NCBI GenBank assembly: GCA_965649765.1
Contig: OZ287752.1
Span: 70,308,001 to 70,372,000, forward strand
Source: Bispira polyomma
Lineage: Eukaryota
DNA length: 64,000 nucleotides
Direction of reading: 5' to 3'
Part shown: piece by piece, positions 27,001 through 40,829 of the stretch
How the letters are laid out: each line of letters starts with the position of its first letter
Numbering within the stretch: the stretch's first letter is position 1
Made by a program: the position numbers and the translations under genes
Notes under the pieces: model-generated
What the model was told of the DNA's origin: nothing
The model's database searches: none
What the model saw: only the letters and a program-made list of their open reading frames with translations

Positions 27001-27764
27001 TAAGTTGATATAAAGAGCAGAACACAAAGAAAAATCATGATGCTTTCAATTAAAGATTCTGTAGCACCAACTAACAATAGGAAAGTATCGTAACCATAAT
27101 GAGCTGTTTAGATGTCACTAATTTGAAGCGGAATACCATTTATATTTGAATTCTGCCTTAATGGGGCTGTTTCACTTAGTTGATCGATTGGGGCTAGCCC
27201 TCCGATGATGCTATCGGGTGCACTCGGTAGCATTTGCCCCCGATTTTTGAAGAAAAGCAAGGTAAAATCTGCATCACACGATTATAATCGTGAAGACTCC
27301 TGAGTGGTACGATAAGTCATGGGGTGGGGCTCCCGATAGATCTTAACAATTGGCCCGATTTGATCTCCCGATGGACAAATGACTGCCCCGACCACTCCGA
27401 TCCGGGGCGATAAGTCGCTAGTACTGCTTATGACTTATGACAACTTAGGGAGGCCACCCTATCCACTGGGCGTGGTTCACGATAACTCGGCACTGTGAAA
27501 AATCAATCTAGGTCGGCGAAAACCTCAAAATGCCAAAGATTGTCTGAACATTGATGAACTCTATATATAGGTTGCTCAACTCAATTCCACACAGATTTAA
27601 TTGTCCAGATGGTTCTACAAAGAGTAACATAGGTTATGAGGGTACTCCAAGTTTTTCAATGTGACTGCAAGTGATGGGTTTTACATATACGAGAAGAACA
27701 GACATATTAAGAAGAGGGTGCTACAGGTCAAGGGAAAGTCGTCACAAGATGAAGGGCCAGACGT

Positions 27765-28565
27765 TGATTATGGGTAAAGCCATGGCTCAAGGAATGTGAG
27801 GAACATGGGCATTACTCTGTACTTCTCCCCTGCCTGAAACTACAAGATGGTGCGTCATACTGTAACTTCCTGACGATGTCCCCCGATGCATTTCAAGAGA
27901 TAGAGAGGTTGGGGCATAAGATCAAGAAGCAGGCCACCTGGTCTAGGAAGACACTGTCCCCTGGACTGAAGATCGCCATCACATTGAGACATTTGGCCAC
28001 TGGGGAGACCCAGTTCTCTACACTACTCCTTTGCAGTGGGGAGGTACACCATAACCAAGTTGGTTCCTGAGGCGTGCCAAGCAATCATTGATGAAAACCA
28101 GGAGGAATTCTTGTCTTGCCCGACAACACAGGGCTGGAAGAAGGAAGAGGCTCAGTACAGGCAGATGTGGAATGTGCCCAATGCAGATGGAAAACAATTA
28201 ATTACATGTAAAATGACAGGGGGAGCGAACACTTTAATTACAAGAGGTTCCACTCGTTTGTTTTGCTGACTTTGGTTGACACAGAATACAGATTCCTCTG
28301 GGTGAACCTTTGATCCAGAGGCTCCAGCTCAGATGCACAGATCTTCAATTAATCTGAACTGAAGCAGAGGAGAGAAGATCACTCAATCAACTCCCCCCCC
28401 CCTCCTGAAGCCATAAGCCCTTTTAGGCCCCCCATCCCCTACTTCATCCTGGGTTCCGACAAATTTGTCCTAAAGCCCTGGATAATGAAGCCCTTCTCCA
28501 GACGAGGGATGGACCCCAACGAGCACATACACAACTACAGAATTTCAAGGGGTAGAAGAGTTCAT
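27765..28565 (+). pseudogene. Harbinger (HARBI1-like) transposase, frameshifted
   Basis: LWVKPWL, NFLTMSPDAF, LSPGLKIAITLRHLATGE, ITKLVPEACQAI, WNVPNA, GSSSDAQIF, WIMKPF, NYRISRGRR distributed over shifting frames. Confidence 0.85.
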
Positions 28566-28629
28566 TTGAGAATTCATTTATAATACTAGTCCAGAGGTGG
28601 ACAAGGGCCAATTGGTTTTGATGTGAACA

Positions 28630-29705
28630 CTCTACTTGTCTGGCAGGTTCGGCAGGGGTGGTGCTGAGGTGGAGGAGGTTGTTGTGATGGCTAAGGAGGA
28701 GGCTATGGTGGTTGTGCGTGTATCTGTGATCTGATGCTCATAATGAGAAGGTGTGCCTATGCTGTGGTAGCTTATATCCCCTGGGCGTATGCCTATATTT
28801 CTGACCATTGATGACACTGTTGAACTGTTCAGAATATCTGACTTGACTGACCCCAGGTTGTCCAATGCCTGAATAGTCCCAGTTATGCTAAATATACTAG
28901 CAACACTTCCACTTGGTGTTGGTAGTCGTTGAACTGTCTTGATTGGTTAAGGGTTTGGAGGCTGTGAGATCTGTGGTTTGGCTTATGGTTGGTTGATGTA
29001 CTGCACATACTGTTGTGGTTGCTGTTGTTGCTGTGGGACACAAGCAGTCGGCCCCATGCCATAGGTGGTACCCGGCTGTAGTTGAAATGGCTGATACTGT
29101 TGTGGTTGTTCATGGAAATGGGTGAATCCAACCCCCTGTTAAGCCCCTTCCTGTAAGTTGCTGACCAGGTTGAAGGCCTTTTTCCTGAAGGTGTTGAACA
29201 AAGTTTCCGACAGTTAATCTGTCTCTAAGGACAGCCAGTTCATGAAGGCGGCTTTTGGTCCCTCAGACTTTGGTTTGACGGCGTCCTTCAGTAAGCCGGC
29301 TATCCTATCTTACATCCTGGACATGCTGTCCTTAAAGTCGGCTGCCATTGCATCACAGTGCGTTGGAGTGGACTGCCCTCCAAAGGCAGATGACTGTTGG
29401 AAAAGTCGAGCTGGCGATGGCAATGGCAACGGCATAGAATCTTCTATCTCTAAGTCAGCCTGGTCAGTGTCGGACTAGGACCCCGTTGGTGTCTGAGACC
29501 TATAACCCAAAGGAACTTGAAGTTGTCCTTCACCCAGTTCTGTCTGTCCGTTAACTCAGGGGGGCTTCCCATAGATGGTGTGCTGGGACTGGAACCACTT
29601 CTCGACTTCCCCAGCATCAAGCCCCTGGCCCCGCAGAACTCCTCCAATACACTCATGGTTCTTGAGGAAGCTGATGGCAGCCTCTTCCTGTTCGTCAGTC
29701 AGTAA
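28630..29705 (-). pseudogene. Harbinger second-ORF (Myb/SANT-like accessory protein) remnant
   Basis: Convergent with the transposase; fragments LTDEQEEAAISFLKNH, VEKWFQSQHTIYGK, ELTDRQNWVKDNFKFL and a Q-rich tail. Family assignment inferred from layout. Confidence 0.55.
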
Positions 29706-29937
29706 CATTGTTTCTAAGTTATTAAAAGCTCACTCACTTCGATGGCTTCATTTTAGCTGTTCAAAACATGCTGATTCAGGTCAATTTTGGAATTTGGTGG
29801 ATACAGTTACTATATGATGTCACCAGCTCTTTTAGAATTGAGTTTTGATCTGTAAGTATATTTTGGCCATTGTTTAAACTTATTCACGTAATTTTGCTTT
29901 TTCAAATTACACAAATAAGTTGAGATATTTTGGCTCT

Positions 29938-31670
29938 AGACCTAATCAGGGTACCATTAATTTGTCTTGTATTATTCTAGCTGTTGTATCAGCATTTCTT
30001 ATTTATTTCTTACTTTTAACCTTATTTCATAAAAAATATCAACAGTAGTTAATTGATCCTCTGAATCCGCAATCCTTTTCATGTATTGAATACGATTGTT
30101 ACACTTTAACATATGTTGACAGTTCTTCAAACATATTGTAAAAACTTTATTTGATATTAAAGTATAAAGGAGATATAACACATAAACCAGTTAACTGACA
30201 GAGCCTGTCCCATAAAAATGATTTACAAACCTTTGTGTAGAAGCTGGGTTAACTATATATTCTGTTTATGAACTCAATTTTTTGCAATATTTTCCATTGA
30301 TTCCTAATTTTTGCTAAGACTTAATCAGGTCACCGCTTAAGGTTTTAGTGACGTAAACACACAAATACGTCACCGATAAATCATACTTCATTTGCGCAAG
30401 TTTATTTTCGTCTATATACAGACTGAGGTAGCCTTAAAATGATTCTCTAGTGATGTTTTTCACTATTTTTGGTATACCCACACAATTTAAAACTTAAGTA
30501 GTTTGTCAGAAAGTGATTAAACACCCATATGGCGACTTTTGTATTGTGACGTCACACAATTTGAAATGTATGGTGGAACGTCATATTTGTAAATAATTCT
30601 GCAGAGAGCCCTGTCTATTGTGACATCTATTGTGAGTATTGAAACAGCATATATAAAGATATTATATAGGCTACACAACTTTAAAAAACGTGTATATTGG
30701 TTTGAGTGAATTACATGTTTAAATATGCCTCTTTATGTTATATAAACGAAGAAAACAAAGTATCTTTCTATTTAGAAGAGTGTAACTTTAAAGTGTTACT
30801 TAAATTGTCCCCATTTTTGTACCTTTATTAAAAAACGAATTCATTCAAAATAGTGCTGATGTTCTCCTTTTTCTAGTCCTGTTTTTAACTTTAGTATTGA
30901 TCCCTTTTTGGTATGTGAATTGTGTCACGTTTGTGAAGCATGTACTTTGAAAATATTACCCATTATAGTTACAATTTTACACACTTGCCACTGTATTATA
31001 TGTCCCAAAAAATATATTAAAACGTGACGTAAAATATATAAACTAGCATATAATTAAAATAGATGTCATTCTTTATTATTTCTACTTATAAAAATGTAAG
31101 TATGTTATTCATAAATCGAGTTTTAGGCAACAAAATAAAAGTTGTGCAGTTTCAGAGAAGCTCGAGCACACATAACGTGGCTATCGGCGATCATTTTATG
31201 TGTTTACGTTACTAAACCCTTAATTTGACCGGTTTTGTTAATTCTAACACTTGACAGTGCAAATTATTTCTTACTTTAACCTCATTTCATTAGAAAATTC
31301 AACCTTAGTCAATTAATCCTCTGAATCCGCAATCCTGTTTATGTATTGTATACGATTGTAACAGTTTGACAAACGTTGACAGTTCTTCGAACATATTTTA
31401 AAAACTTCTTTTGATATTAAATTCTGATGGAGATATAGCACATTATTCAGCTATCTTACAAAGCATGTTCCATAAATAATGCCTGGTAAACCTCTGTGTG
31501 GAAACTGTGTTAACTATATATTCCATTCATCAACCTTTTTCCAACTATAGTCCATTTATCCATATAGTTTGGCTTTAGACCTAATCAGGGTCCTACTGAA
31601 TTTGTCTTGCCTATTTCTTTCTAACTCTTGGATCTGTATTTTAAAATTATTTCGTACTTTTAAACTTATT
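29938..31670. repeat. ~380-bp tandem repeat (2 full units plus a partial) with a MITE insertion
   Basis: AGAC(C/T)TAATCAGG at ~29938, ~30317 and ~31577; ATCCTCTGAATCCGCAATCCT at ~30056 and ~31316; further units at 34325-34720 and 40830-40975. Confidence 0.85.
30341..31219. mobile_element. Kolobok-type MITE, 879 bp
   Basis: TTAA TSD at 30337-30340 and 31220-31223; TIRs GGTTTTAGTGACGTAAACAC and GTGTTTACGTTACTAAACCC; RR...YY termini with TTAA are characteristic of Kolobok. Confidence 0.85.
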
Positions 31671-32369
31671 TAACGAGAAATAACGAGAAATATAAATTTG
31701 TGCGTACGCTATGTTATTGTGTTAGTTTATTTTCTAACTTTTCACATTTTGAGCAACATTTGGTATGTAATTTTTAACCTATTTTCACCGATATCCGTTA
31801 CAACCATATACTAGACATCTACTCGTAAGCTTGTAACTGGCCTGCTACCATTATACCAATTGTACTTTCTGTCATATGGTGTCAATTAGGTTTAAAACTT
31901 CCATAATGTCCTCAACTTTTTTTTCAGAAAGTTACATTATTAAAAATTTATTATATCAATATGGATTATCCTTATTCATACCATAAATAACAAGAAATAA
32001 GACATTATTTAGTATTGTCTGCAATCAATAAATTTCCACTCTTATCTTTCAGAATCGTGATATGGTAGAGTATCCACGATATATGACATCTGATTCCCAG
32101 TCCATCTTAAAGTTAACTGCATGCATCACATGTTTTTGTAGATATTGCAAAAAATAAATAGTGAGGTTCTTTGTTAACCAGAACAAAGATCAAATCTCCG
32201 TTACACTGAGCTAGCGCCTAATTTTCATAAAACCAATTTTAATGTTGTTATTCATTTTATTATATTAATATAAAAACAAGCCAATGCAGCCCAAAATGCC
32301 CACTGCCATGACTTACAATTAATTTCTTCATTATACTTACAGTGACAGATGGAGAAGTTGTAAGCATGT

Positions 32370-32920
32370 TTCCAGTTGACATCCTGGGTGGCCCTTTGCC
32401 CTTTGCCCATTCTGCCCAGCTGATTCAGTCAAGAACTGGGGCGTGTGGTTTGACTCTGATTTTTCCTTTTCTAAACACGTTTGGAGTGTCTGCAAAAGTT
32501 TTGTGCAACTCCGGCACTTTAGACGTGTAAGGCGATTTCTCATTTATGATGCTTCGATGCTTGTGGCCAATGCTTTTGTCAGTAGTCGATAGTATTTAAA
32601 ATAGTCCAGCTAGAATTGTGTTAAATACCAGTCGATACACCAGTGTAACTCCTGTTCTTAAGAAATTGGCTTCCTGTTTATAACAGCCACACTTGTTTAT
32701 AAGTTTCTTTACATTGATTTTCCCAAGTATTTTGCCCCATATCTTTTTCTCTTACAGTAGTTCCTACAATACCATGTGGAGTCTGAGTGGTAGTAATTTC
32801 CTTGTTGTTCCAAAGTTCCAACTGTCTACTCAAAAGTCAGTTAAACAGTTTGGTTATAACTTTGCTTTTGATGCTCTGTTTGTTTGGAATGCTCTCCCTG
32901 ATGTGATTCCTGCGTACCCC
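32370..32920 (+). mobile_element. L2/CR1-like LINE fragment
   Basis: SVKNWGVWFDSDF, VANAFVSSR and FVWNALP motifs, degenerate. Confidence 0.65.
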
Positions 32921-32924
32921 TCTC

Positions 32925-34320
32925 TGCTAAATTTAACTTTTGCAGAATTTGCTTTAGATTCAAACGTATTTTGGAATCTCGAAGTGGTACCCAGCTTCTT
33001 GGAGTTTGAATTGGAACAAAAGGTAAATTGTGGTACCTGGGTTATGGCCAATAGTTTCCTCATTGCTACTACTGGATACAAAGGGGAATTGTCGAAACGG
33101 GAACCTTAATGATACTACTCTGTAAAGTTTTGGACCACCTGTTTATAATGTTTACCCTTGGGAGCAAAAAGAACAGCTGACCCTGGCAAGCATCAGTAAA
33201 TAAGCAGCCTTGAAAACTTGTCTTATAAACATGTAATAACACGCCTGCACTTTCTGTGTGAGCAGTGCTATGTCTACAACCTTATGTATTTTTGCTTTAA
33301 ATGGACGTTGCAAGGTGAGACTTGTTGAAAATATTTTAACCATGGGTCGGTAAATGCTGATAAAAGCTTAATAAGCGAAATTTTGCCGAATAGTTGGCTA
33401 TGAAGGGTTGTGACACCTTATTGTCCCCCAGTAGCTGCAACAAGGACAGCAATAATAGGGATAATGTGTGATAAATGCTGACACAAATGCTGACGGCTAC
33501 AAATAATCTAAACATATTTTCGTAGGCTTGCTGCATTGCTGGCATGAACGCCTGATGGGCTGTTTGTGTAGTCTGACCTACTAGTGATACACCAGGGAGA
33601 AAAAACCTGAAATACATATTTTTGCTTCAATCAATACTTAGCATGTCATCTGGTACCATGGGTGAAGGATTAAGATTTGTCATTTGCTTAGAGGTACTGT
33701 CATCTTATGCCGTCTTGACAATAAATATGCTGCCTGGTTTAACTTTCCCATGATGTGGACTGGTCTGATACTAATATCTGCCCTTGCAAATTCCATGAAT
33801 ATATTGCTTGTAATAGCAGCCAATGTTAAGTCTTCACTTCAAGATGGTAACCACTGCTTGATTGTCATATTTTTATGACTAGTTTATTACCCTGCCATAT
33901 ACATTTTCAGAGTTTCGACGCTACTAGGATTATTTAACATGTCTAAGTGGACAATTGTCAAGTTGATGTAACATAACGGCATCTTTTTGGTGTATACAAT
34001 ATCATTATATCTGCCACACAGGCCTGATAGGCAGACGTCTGGACTGTGATAAAAAGGCATTGAATTGAACAAACCAGTTCAATTCAGGAAGAATGGCAGT
34101 CCTAGTTTAATATTATTTGCCTCATGAGCGTTACCAAAGACATGGGGGATTCTGATTAGGAAAACTTAGACAAAGAGTACACATTTAGAAGAATGACTCC
34201 AATAGTGATCTCTTTTAGTGTAAGTACTTTTATAATCTCAATAACAGAGATAACTTTTCAGGAGGCACTTCTACTGTGAAAGTGTCTGTATCAATAAGTA
34301 TCAACTACCAATTAACAGAT
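32925..34320 (-). mobile_element. Ngaro-like YR retrotransposon fragment (copy 1: RNase H and YR)
   Basis: Minus-strand fragments KYDNQAVVTIL (RNase H), QAYENMFRLFVA, VFKAAYLL, WSKTLQ and PVVAMRKLLAIT align with the YR at 55085-56039. Confidence 0.75.
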
Positions 34321-34324
34321 ATTT

Positions 34325-34720
34325 TGGCTTTAAACCTAATCAGGGTACCACTTAATTTATTTTGTCTTATTAATTATAACTCTTATATTTGCATTTCTGA
34401 ATTATTTCTTACTTCTACCTTTATTTCAGCAGAAATATCGACCTTAGTCAATTAATCCTGTAAATCCTCAATCCTTTCATGTATTGTATCCCACAGTTTG
34501 ACATCTGTTGTACGTATTGCAAAGGCTTCTTTTGCTATTAAAGGATAATAGAGATATAACACATAAACCAGTTAACTGACAAAGCCTGTCCTATAAACAA
34601 AATATCTGGCAAACTGTTGTATATAAACTGTGTTAACTATATATTCCATTAACAAACTTGTTTACAATATTTTCTATTGAATAATATAGTTTGGCTTTAA
34701 GCCTTCTTAGGACCTACTCA
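34325..34720. repeat. Dispersed unit of the ~380-bp repeat
   Basis: AACCTAATCAGGGTACCA, GAGATATAACACATAAACCAGTTAACTGACA and GTTAACTATATATTC match 29938-30320. Confidence 0.85.
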
Positions 34721-35469
34721 AGACTTAACTGGTTCTGTCTTAAAAAAACAAACAAACAAATTCATGAGCTACCTATGAGTCAGGCAGAACATCCTTGGAA
34801 ATCCACCCACATATCAATTTGTTATTTTAATGAGCTATTACATTGTTATTAATATGTTAAAAACTAATTTCTATATGTGTTTATGTTGGCCAATCACAAA
34901 AGGATGTGGGATCTGAAGGAAAATTTTTTGGAAACCATCACTTTTTCGGGGGATCAGTTTTTTCTCTATAAAAGCCACATCTCTACAATATAGGCGACAC
35001 TTGTGATTTGGGAGCCGGAGCTGTGATTTTGCTGGCTTTTTGTAGAAGTGCAATTTTAAGTTGACAAGTAAGAATGGGTACTTAATTAATCAATCATAGT
35101 TATTATAGAGAAATTCTTTGTAATGCTAGCAATATTGTGTATATTTGCTAGGTTTACTTCTAATGTTGTGTGTAGTCATTTAGGCTGTGCACTAAGAAAG
35201 TGTGTAATTTCATATAATATTATCTAAGTATTTATGTATTTTAATTATCTGACTTGAAGAAATCCAATATGGATAAAGAAAGTTCCACTCCGCGGAAAGT
35301 GTCCTCCTTTCCATCAGAAATGCCTTGGATTGGGATGAAACTGTAGTTCTCAAATTTCTAGAACTCTCAGCAGCTTTTAATTAGCAATGAAAAAGTAGTG
35401 AAAGTAGTATTGAAACTATTATCTGTAGTGTAGAATTTCTCCAGAAAAATACTGGTATTTAAAGTCAAG

Positions 35470-38400
35470 TGGCAAAGAGGCTTGTTAAATTAAAATAATT
35501 AAATGCGAAATCGTGATAAAAAGCAGGAATAGGTAGTAAAATTGGCGCTCAAAGGTGTCAAAACAAAACAGGAAGCAGTGAACCATATGTCAACAATGTA
35601 TATAGTGGCATAGTAACAAAATGTGTCAGCAAATAATCACACAAACCACTGGCTTAGAGAAAGCATTAAGTGTCCAGCCTGGACTGACCCGAAACACTAC
35701 CCAAACTCACAAGGTAAAATGTAGTGAGGGAGGGAACTCTATTGTGGAAGGCTGTGCCGGTTGGGACAATAGTAAAGGACCAATTGAAAGTGTGAACAAA
35801 GAAAGGGTATGTATTGTTACATGGGCAAATCTTATTGTAGAATTGATTCCAAATTCTTAGTCAGCCTGCTTCAATTAGTGCGGTTACTGCTGGGGGCAGG
35901 GGGCTTTTAAAACAACAATACAAATGAACACTGCAAGCCACAAACAAATGCACCCCAAAACAAGTGGAGCTGAGAGCAATGCCAGAGCTAATAAACCCAA
36001 GTTCGAAAGCTAATACTTCTCTAGTACAAACAGTATAATGGCTAGCAATACTTCAAATGACAAATATGCATTAGAACTGAAGCAAAAAGTCAACAAGCGG
36101 GAATTTGTGGAACATATTGTAAATGGTGTAAGCAAAGCAATGTTAAATATGACTTTACCCCTCTGTCAGACTTGAGCTGCAGAGTATGGGACAGTAAATC
36201 TAGCCTTGATGTGCTGCAAATGCACTAAAAACTGGGCAAGTTATCTGAAATTGTACTGGAATTGGCAGCTCCCCTTATTGGTCAAATACCGCTTTCCACT
36301 AGATGTAAGGCATGAAAACATCAGCCAATCAGATGCCACTAATCACAAATCGGCTAATGACTTTTTGACACACGTTGGTATATAATTAAAGAAGGAATCT
36401 GAAATTGGCACCATATTGGGACCTTTAAAAAATCCTCCAAATAGAAAATAGGCGGGTCATTGTCGACCTCAGCTGGCCTCTGTCCTAATCAGTTAACATG
36501 GGGACTTCCCATACCAAATATTTAGGCACTGATTTTTTATTGTCGTATCCATCCATCGATAATCTAACAAATGCAGTTGTTAAGTTAGGAAAAGTTTGTC
36601 AGAACTTTAAGGTCGACGTAAGTCATGCATCCCGACACATACCTTGACCCTAGGGATATTGATCTGCTAGGCCTCAAATGGGAATCCTATTATATGGACA
36701 GATCCCTCCCCTTTGGTTACCATAACAGATTGACTATTTTTCAGCAATTATCAGGCGCAGTCAGGTTCATAATGCTTAAAGAAGGGTTTCATATCCACAA
36801 TTATATCGACGATTATATATGCATATCGTTGCCCAGCAAGATCAGTAAAATCTATAGTAGACTGCAAAGCCTGCTAGCATAATTATGGCTAACTGTGAGC
36901 AGTAAAAAAATTAGTTGCCCCCAGCACGTTTTAAGAAATGCAGTGGATTTCACCATTTCTATGCCTCAAGAAAAGCTGGAGAAAATAAAGCAAATGTGTC
37001 AAAATTCAGAGGGCAAAGAAAGTTGTACGTTCCTTACTGTACGTTGCTAAATGTATTAAATATGCCCGTCTAAATTTAAACAGAATGCTCCAATTGCTGA
37101 GTGATAACCACAGAAAAAAATGGTTTTCCATTACAGATTACTTCACAAGAGATTTAAAATGGTTTCCTACATTCACGCAGCAATTCAATGACATCAGTGT
37201 CTTCACACACAAACCAGTCGACGCCCAGATAGAACTGGACGCCTGCTTAACTGGCATAGGTGGTATACATGCAAGTCTATAAATTATCAATACCCAATGA
37301 AATGTTACATGACAATATTCCCTCCCTAGAAATGCTTAAAATACTAGTTGGATTATGGGCCAAAGTCTGGCAAGGAAAACAGTAATTTTTAAATGTGACA
37401 ATATAGCTGTTGTCAGTGTATTGGAAACTGGTCGCACAAAAGATCAGATTTTGGCAACATACAACAGAAACATTCATATGCAGGCCAGTCGGTTCTATAT
37501 CGAGATTAAAGTCATACACATTATGGGTGTCAAGAATAAAGTCACAGACATGCTTTCCCGATGGGAAAAAACCCCAAAATAATAGTCAATTACTGCATCA
37601 CTGGGTGGGCCATGTAACATAGCTCCAAACTGATGTATCTTTATTAAATGTGGATAATAACATATAGTATGCACTATGTAGCTTTGTATTGTAGGAACGA
37701 ATTCATTTGGCTCCCTCCTGACAAATTTGGCATGTAAGCGAATACACACTACTTTTACTACAGACATGTGCATGTTGAGGCTCTTCCTCAGGTGAACACA
37801 TTTCAATTGCTAGCATATTTAAATATTTCGAAACATTAACAGTGTGTCTGCTTCCCAAATTGCCAACCATTTGTCAGCAGTAAAAGCCAAATGTATCTTG
37901 TTCCATGTAAAAGTGGATGTTTTCCGACCCAAAATTTTTATATTACAACTGGACCTTGTTAATCAACCGACCCCTTTAAATCAAACTTAAATATTTTTTT
38001 ATATTCCTCTCTTGTTAGCTCTGATTCAGAAATGTGACTGCACCTATAGGACAGGTTTTTAAAGCCCTATATTTAACAAGTTTCTTCAGCTTTCTAAGAC
38101 TGTCAAATTTGTGCCCGCATTCCATTGCCAGTTTCTCTCCATTAAAGCACCTGGCCAGAGGGGACGTTTTTTTCAAACCTGGATATGTGATAATCCTCAT
38201 TAAATGGTCAAAACCTATGCAAACAAATGACAAAGCGAAATTGCTGTCCCTGCCGACTTTGCCTAATTCTAAATTCTGTCAAGTAACTGCTATTAAAAGA
38301 GTACTGGCCATTACACCCTCTAGCCAGAATCCTCTTTTGTTTCAGTACAAACTGGCTGGCTCCTTGGTGCTCATGACTGACACTCGGGTCAAACATTATC

Positions 38401-40190
38401 TTAAAAATATTCTGGAAATGCTGAATCTGCAGCTGTCAAATTAACATTCCATGCTTTCCGGCATTTAGTTGTGATGTTCAGAGCATTCAAATTCATGGCA
38501 CTTGAACATCGGACTGTGTGTGGCGATATATAACTGACTCGGCTTAAATAGTAGCTCAAGTAGCTGATTCCTTCCGCCAGGCACTACAGCATACATCCTA
38601 GTTTAAATGGTGTTTGGTAGTCTAGGACCCCTGTAAATATAATATATACAAGTATTAATGTATTGAAACAGGCAAAGATGACAGAAAATGAATTATACTG
38701 TCTGGGGGCATAATGTCACCTTACATTGGCTAGTACATAATGTACTCATCAATATAACTTAGACTGAAACTCTAAATGTAGTCAACCTTAAAAAAAATTC
38801 ACTACCTGAATTCATAGTAACCTTAACAAAATTCCTTACCTGAATTTATGGTAGCCTTAAACTAAATACTTACCTTAATCAATGGTGACCTTTTTACTGT
38901 GTTGAATATCTTAAATTGAAATTTATAAAACATGGACTTTACACCAAGAAACTGTAAAAAGCAGCGCCAAGATGCTGGCGTTTTCAGTTTTGGGGTATCG
39001 GTTTTATTTGGTCACAGTTGTTTGCAGTGTACTTTAAAAATCGATGCAATTAAAATCTTTCTACCTTTTCACAAAATCTTTACAGAATAAACAACTTCAA
39101 AATATCCACTCTCCTCGTCCCTTGTTAACCTATTTTTGTTAGTTTCAGATTGAATCAGACAATATTAAGATTAGCAGTGATCCCTACAACTAAAGTCCTG
39201 TATTGTACATCCCTGTGATATGACAGGCACATTCGCAAATTCAGTGTTGAAGCCTGTTCAAGATCACCTGACAGATGTAGCAACATCAGTTTACCATTAC
39301 TGGGCTTACGTATTTGGCTATGACGAATTATAACAGCTAGGGGCGGGAAGTCAACACTGTGATTGTACACCCTGCACACATCTGGGATATTTACTGCTGC
39401 TATTGTGATTAGTGCATCATCATGTTTTATATTGTAGTTAAATGTAAAGTTTATTTGACCAAATAAGACTGTTGCAGATGAGCTAGAGTGGAAAATTTCG
39501 ATTTAAAGGACATTACAAATTGGTTGTCAAACCATTTTACTCAGGCTGGTTACACTTAAAAGACTTGTGGTGTAGTGTATGCATGGCTAACACTCGAGAA
39601 TACCACTTAACCGTGCTAAGGATTCTCAACTAACAAGATGTTGCTACATTTGTCAGATGACCTCAAACAGGCTTCAACCTAAAGAGCGTTTGTTGGTCTT
39701 TTCAGAGAAAGTAAAATAAAGAACTATAACTAAGTCATTTTATGCTTTTTACAACATTTTATATTATACATATTCATATATAAGCACCAATTTTTTTATT
39801 ATTTTTACATAGTGGTCTGGGACATCTCATGACCATATGCAAATATAATATATTCAAGTATTAATGTATTAAAACAGGGAAAGATGACAGAAAATAAATT
39901 GTACTGTCTCAGGACATAAGATCACCTTATATTGGGTAGTATATAATCGACCCATTAATATAACTTAGACTGAAACTCTAAATTTAGTCAACCTTAAAAA
40001 AAATTAACTACCTGAATTTATTGTAACCTTAAACTAAATACTTACCTTAATTAATGATGACTTTATGCCCCCTACAGCTGACCGTGAACTGTCGATAAAA
40101 ACATTAGAATTTAATTTTTTTTGTTTTTAGTATTAGCAGTAATATAGTATATAAATAAATATAATATAAATTGTAACATTCAAATTTGAG
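35470..40190 (+). mobile_element. Ngaro-like YR retrotransposon (copy 2), 5'-truncated, with split direct repeats B1-A2-spacer-B2
   Basis: RT DIDLLGLKW..DRSLPFG..YIDDY; RNase H IELDACL, FKCDNIAVV; YR FLRLSNL, KWSK, HAFR, VWRYI; no methyltransferase between RH and YR. B1 ~38640-38952 is repeated as B2 from ~39840; A2 ~38953-39100 matches the 5' end of copy 3. Confidence 0.85.
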
Positions 40191-40829
40191 TTAATCTAAG
40201 ACACAGTTCCTGTATGTAAAGTCCAAGTATTTTAAATTTTGTAGATATTTAATACAGTAAAAGATTGCGGTAAAATAGTTTTTTAGTTACTATGTTAGTC
40301 TTGCGTGACACAATGGGAATTTATTTTAGACCCAGAATAGGCAATTAAAATAGGCAACCGAAAATAAATATGATATATCTCAACAAACAGGACAAACAAT
40401 AAGTCAAAGAAAAACAGGATTAATGGTGTTGTCACAAATGCACGAATATATATTACCATTTGATATCATGCCCTAGCAATTAGTATATGGCATGCTAAAT
40501 ACATAAAATTACCTTAAAATACAGAAAAAATAGACTCTAGCTAAGTTAATCTAACACAAAAGCAGGACAAATATACCTATGTTATAGGACTCAACCCACA
40601 ACCTACACATATAAGAACCATACTCATCCAGATGAGTTTAAGGGGAATACCTACTAGCCAGAAAAGTATTAGAGTTTTTATTCCCTTTCAGGTTTGTCAC
40701 ACATAACTAGGGTAACCTAAACCAAGTACATAGACCCATAAACTGATGCAGCTAGAATGTTCTAAAACCACATGATGCTTTGTTCTCTAAATTACAATAG
40801 TTTATCTGACCAACACTCTTCGATTGACA

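Larger units (their letters stand above)
27163..29705 (+). mobile_element. PIF/Harbinger transposon remnant, right end lost
   Basis: Left terminus GGGGCTGTTTCAC; transposase fragments on plus and a convergent second-ORF remnant on minus, the usual two-ORF Harbinger layout. Confidence 0.8.

Noticed and set aside
35245-35300. Hammerhead-ribozyme-like TTGAAGA..ATCC-loop-GGAT..GAAA
   Set aside because: Core deviates from CUGANGA, extra bases precede GAAA, and flanking stems are unclear; an Infernal search would be needed.
39100-39840. Extra ORF (for example the hydrolase found in some Ngaro elements) in the spacer
   Set aside because: No sustained reading frame or recognisable motif.
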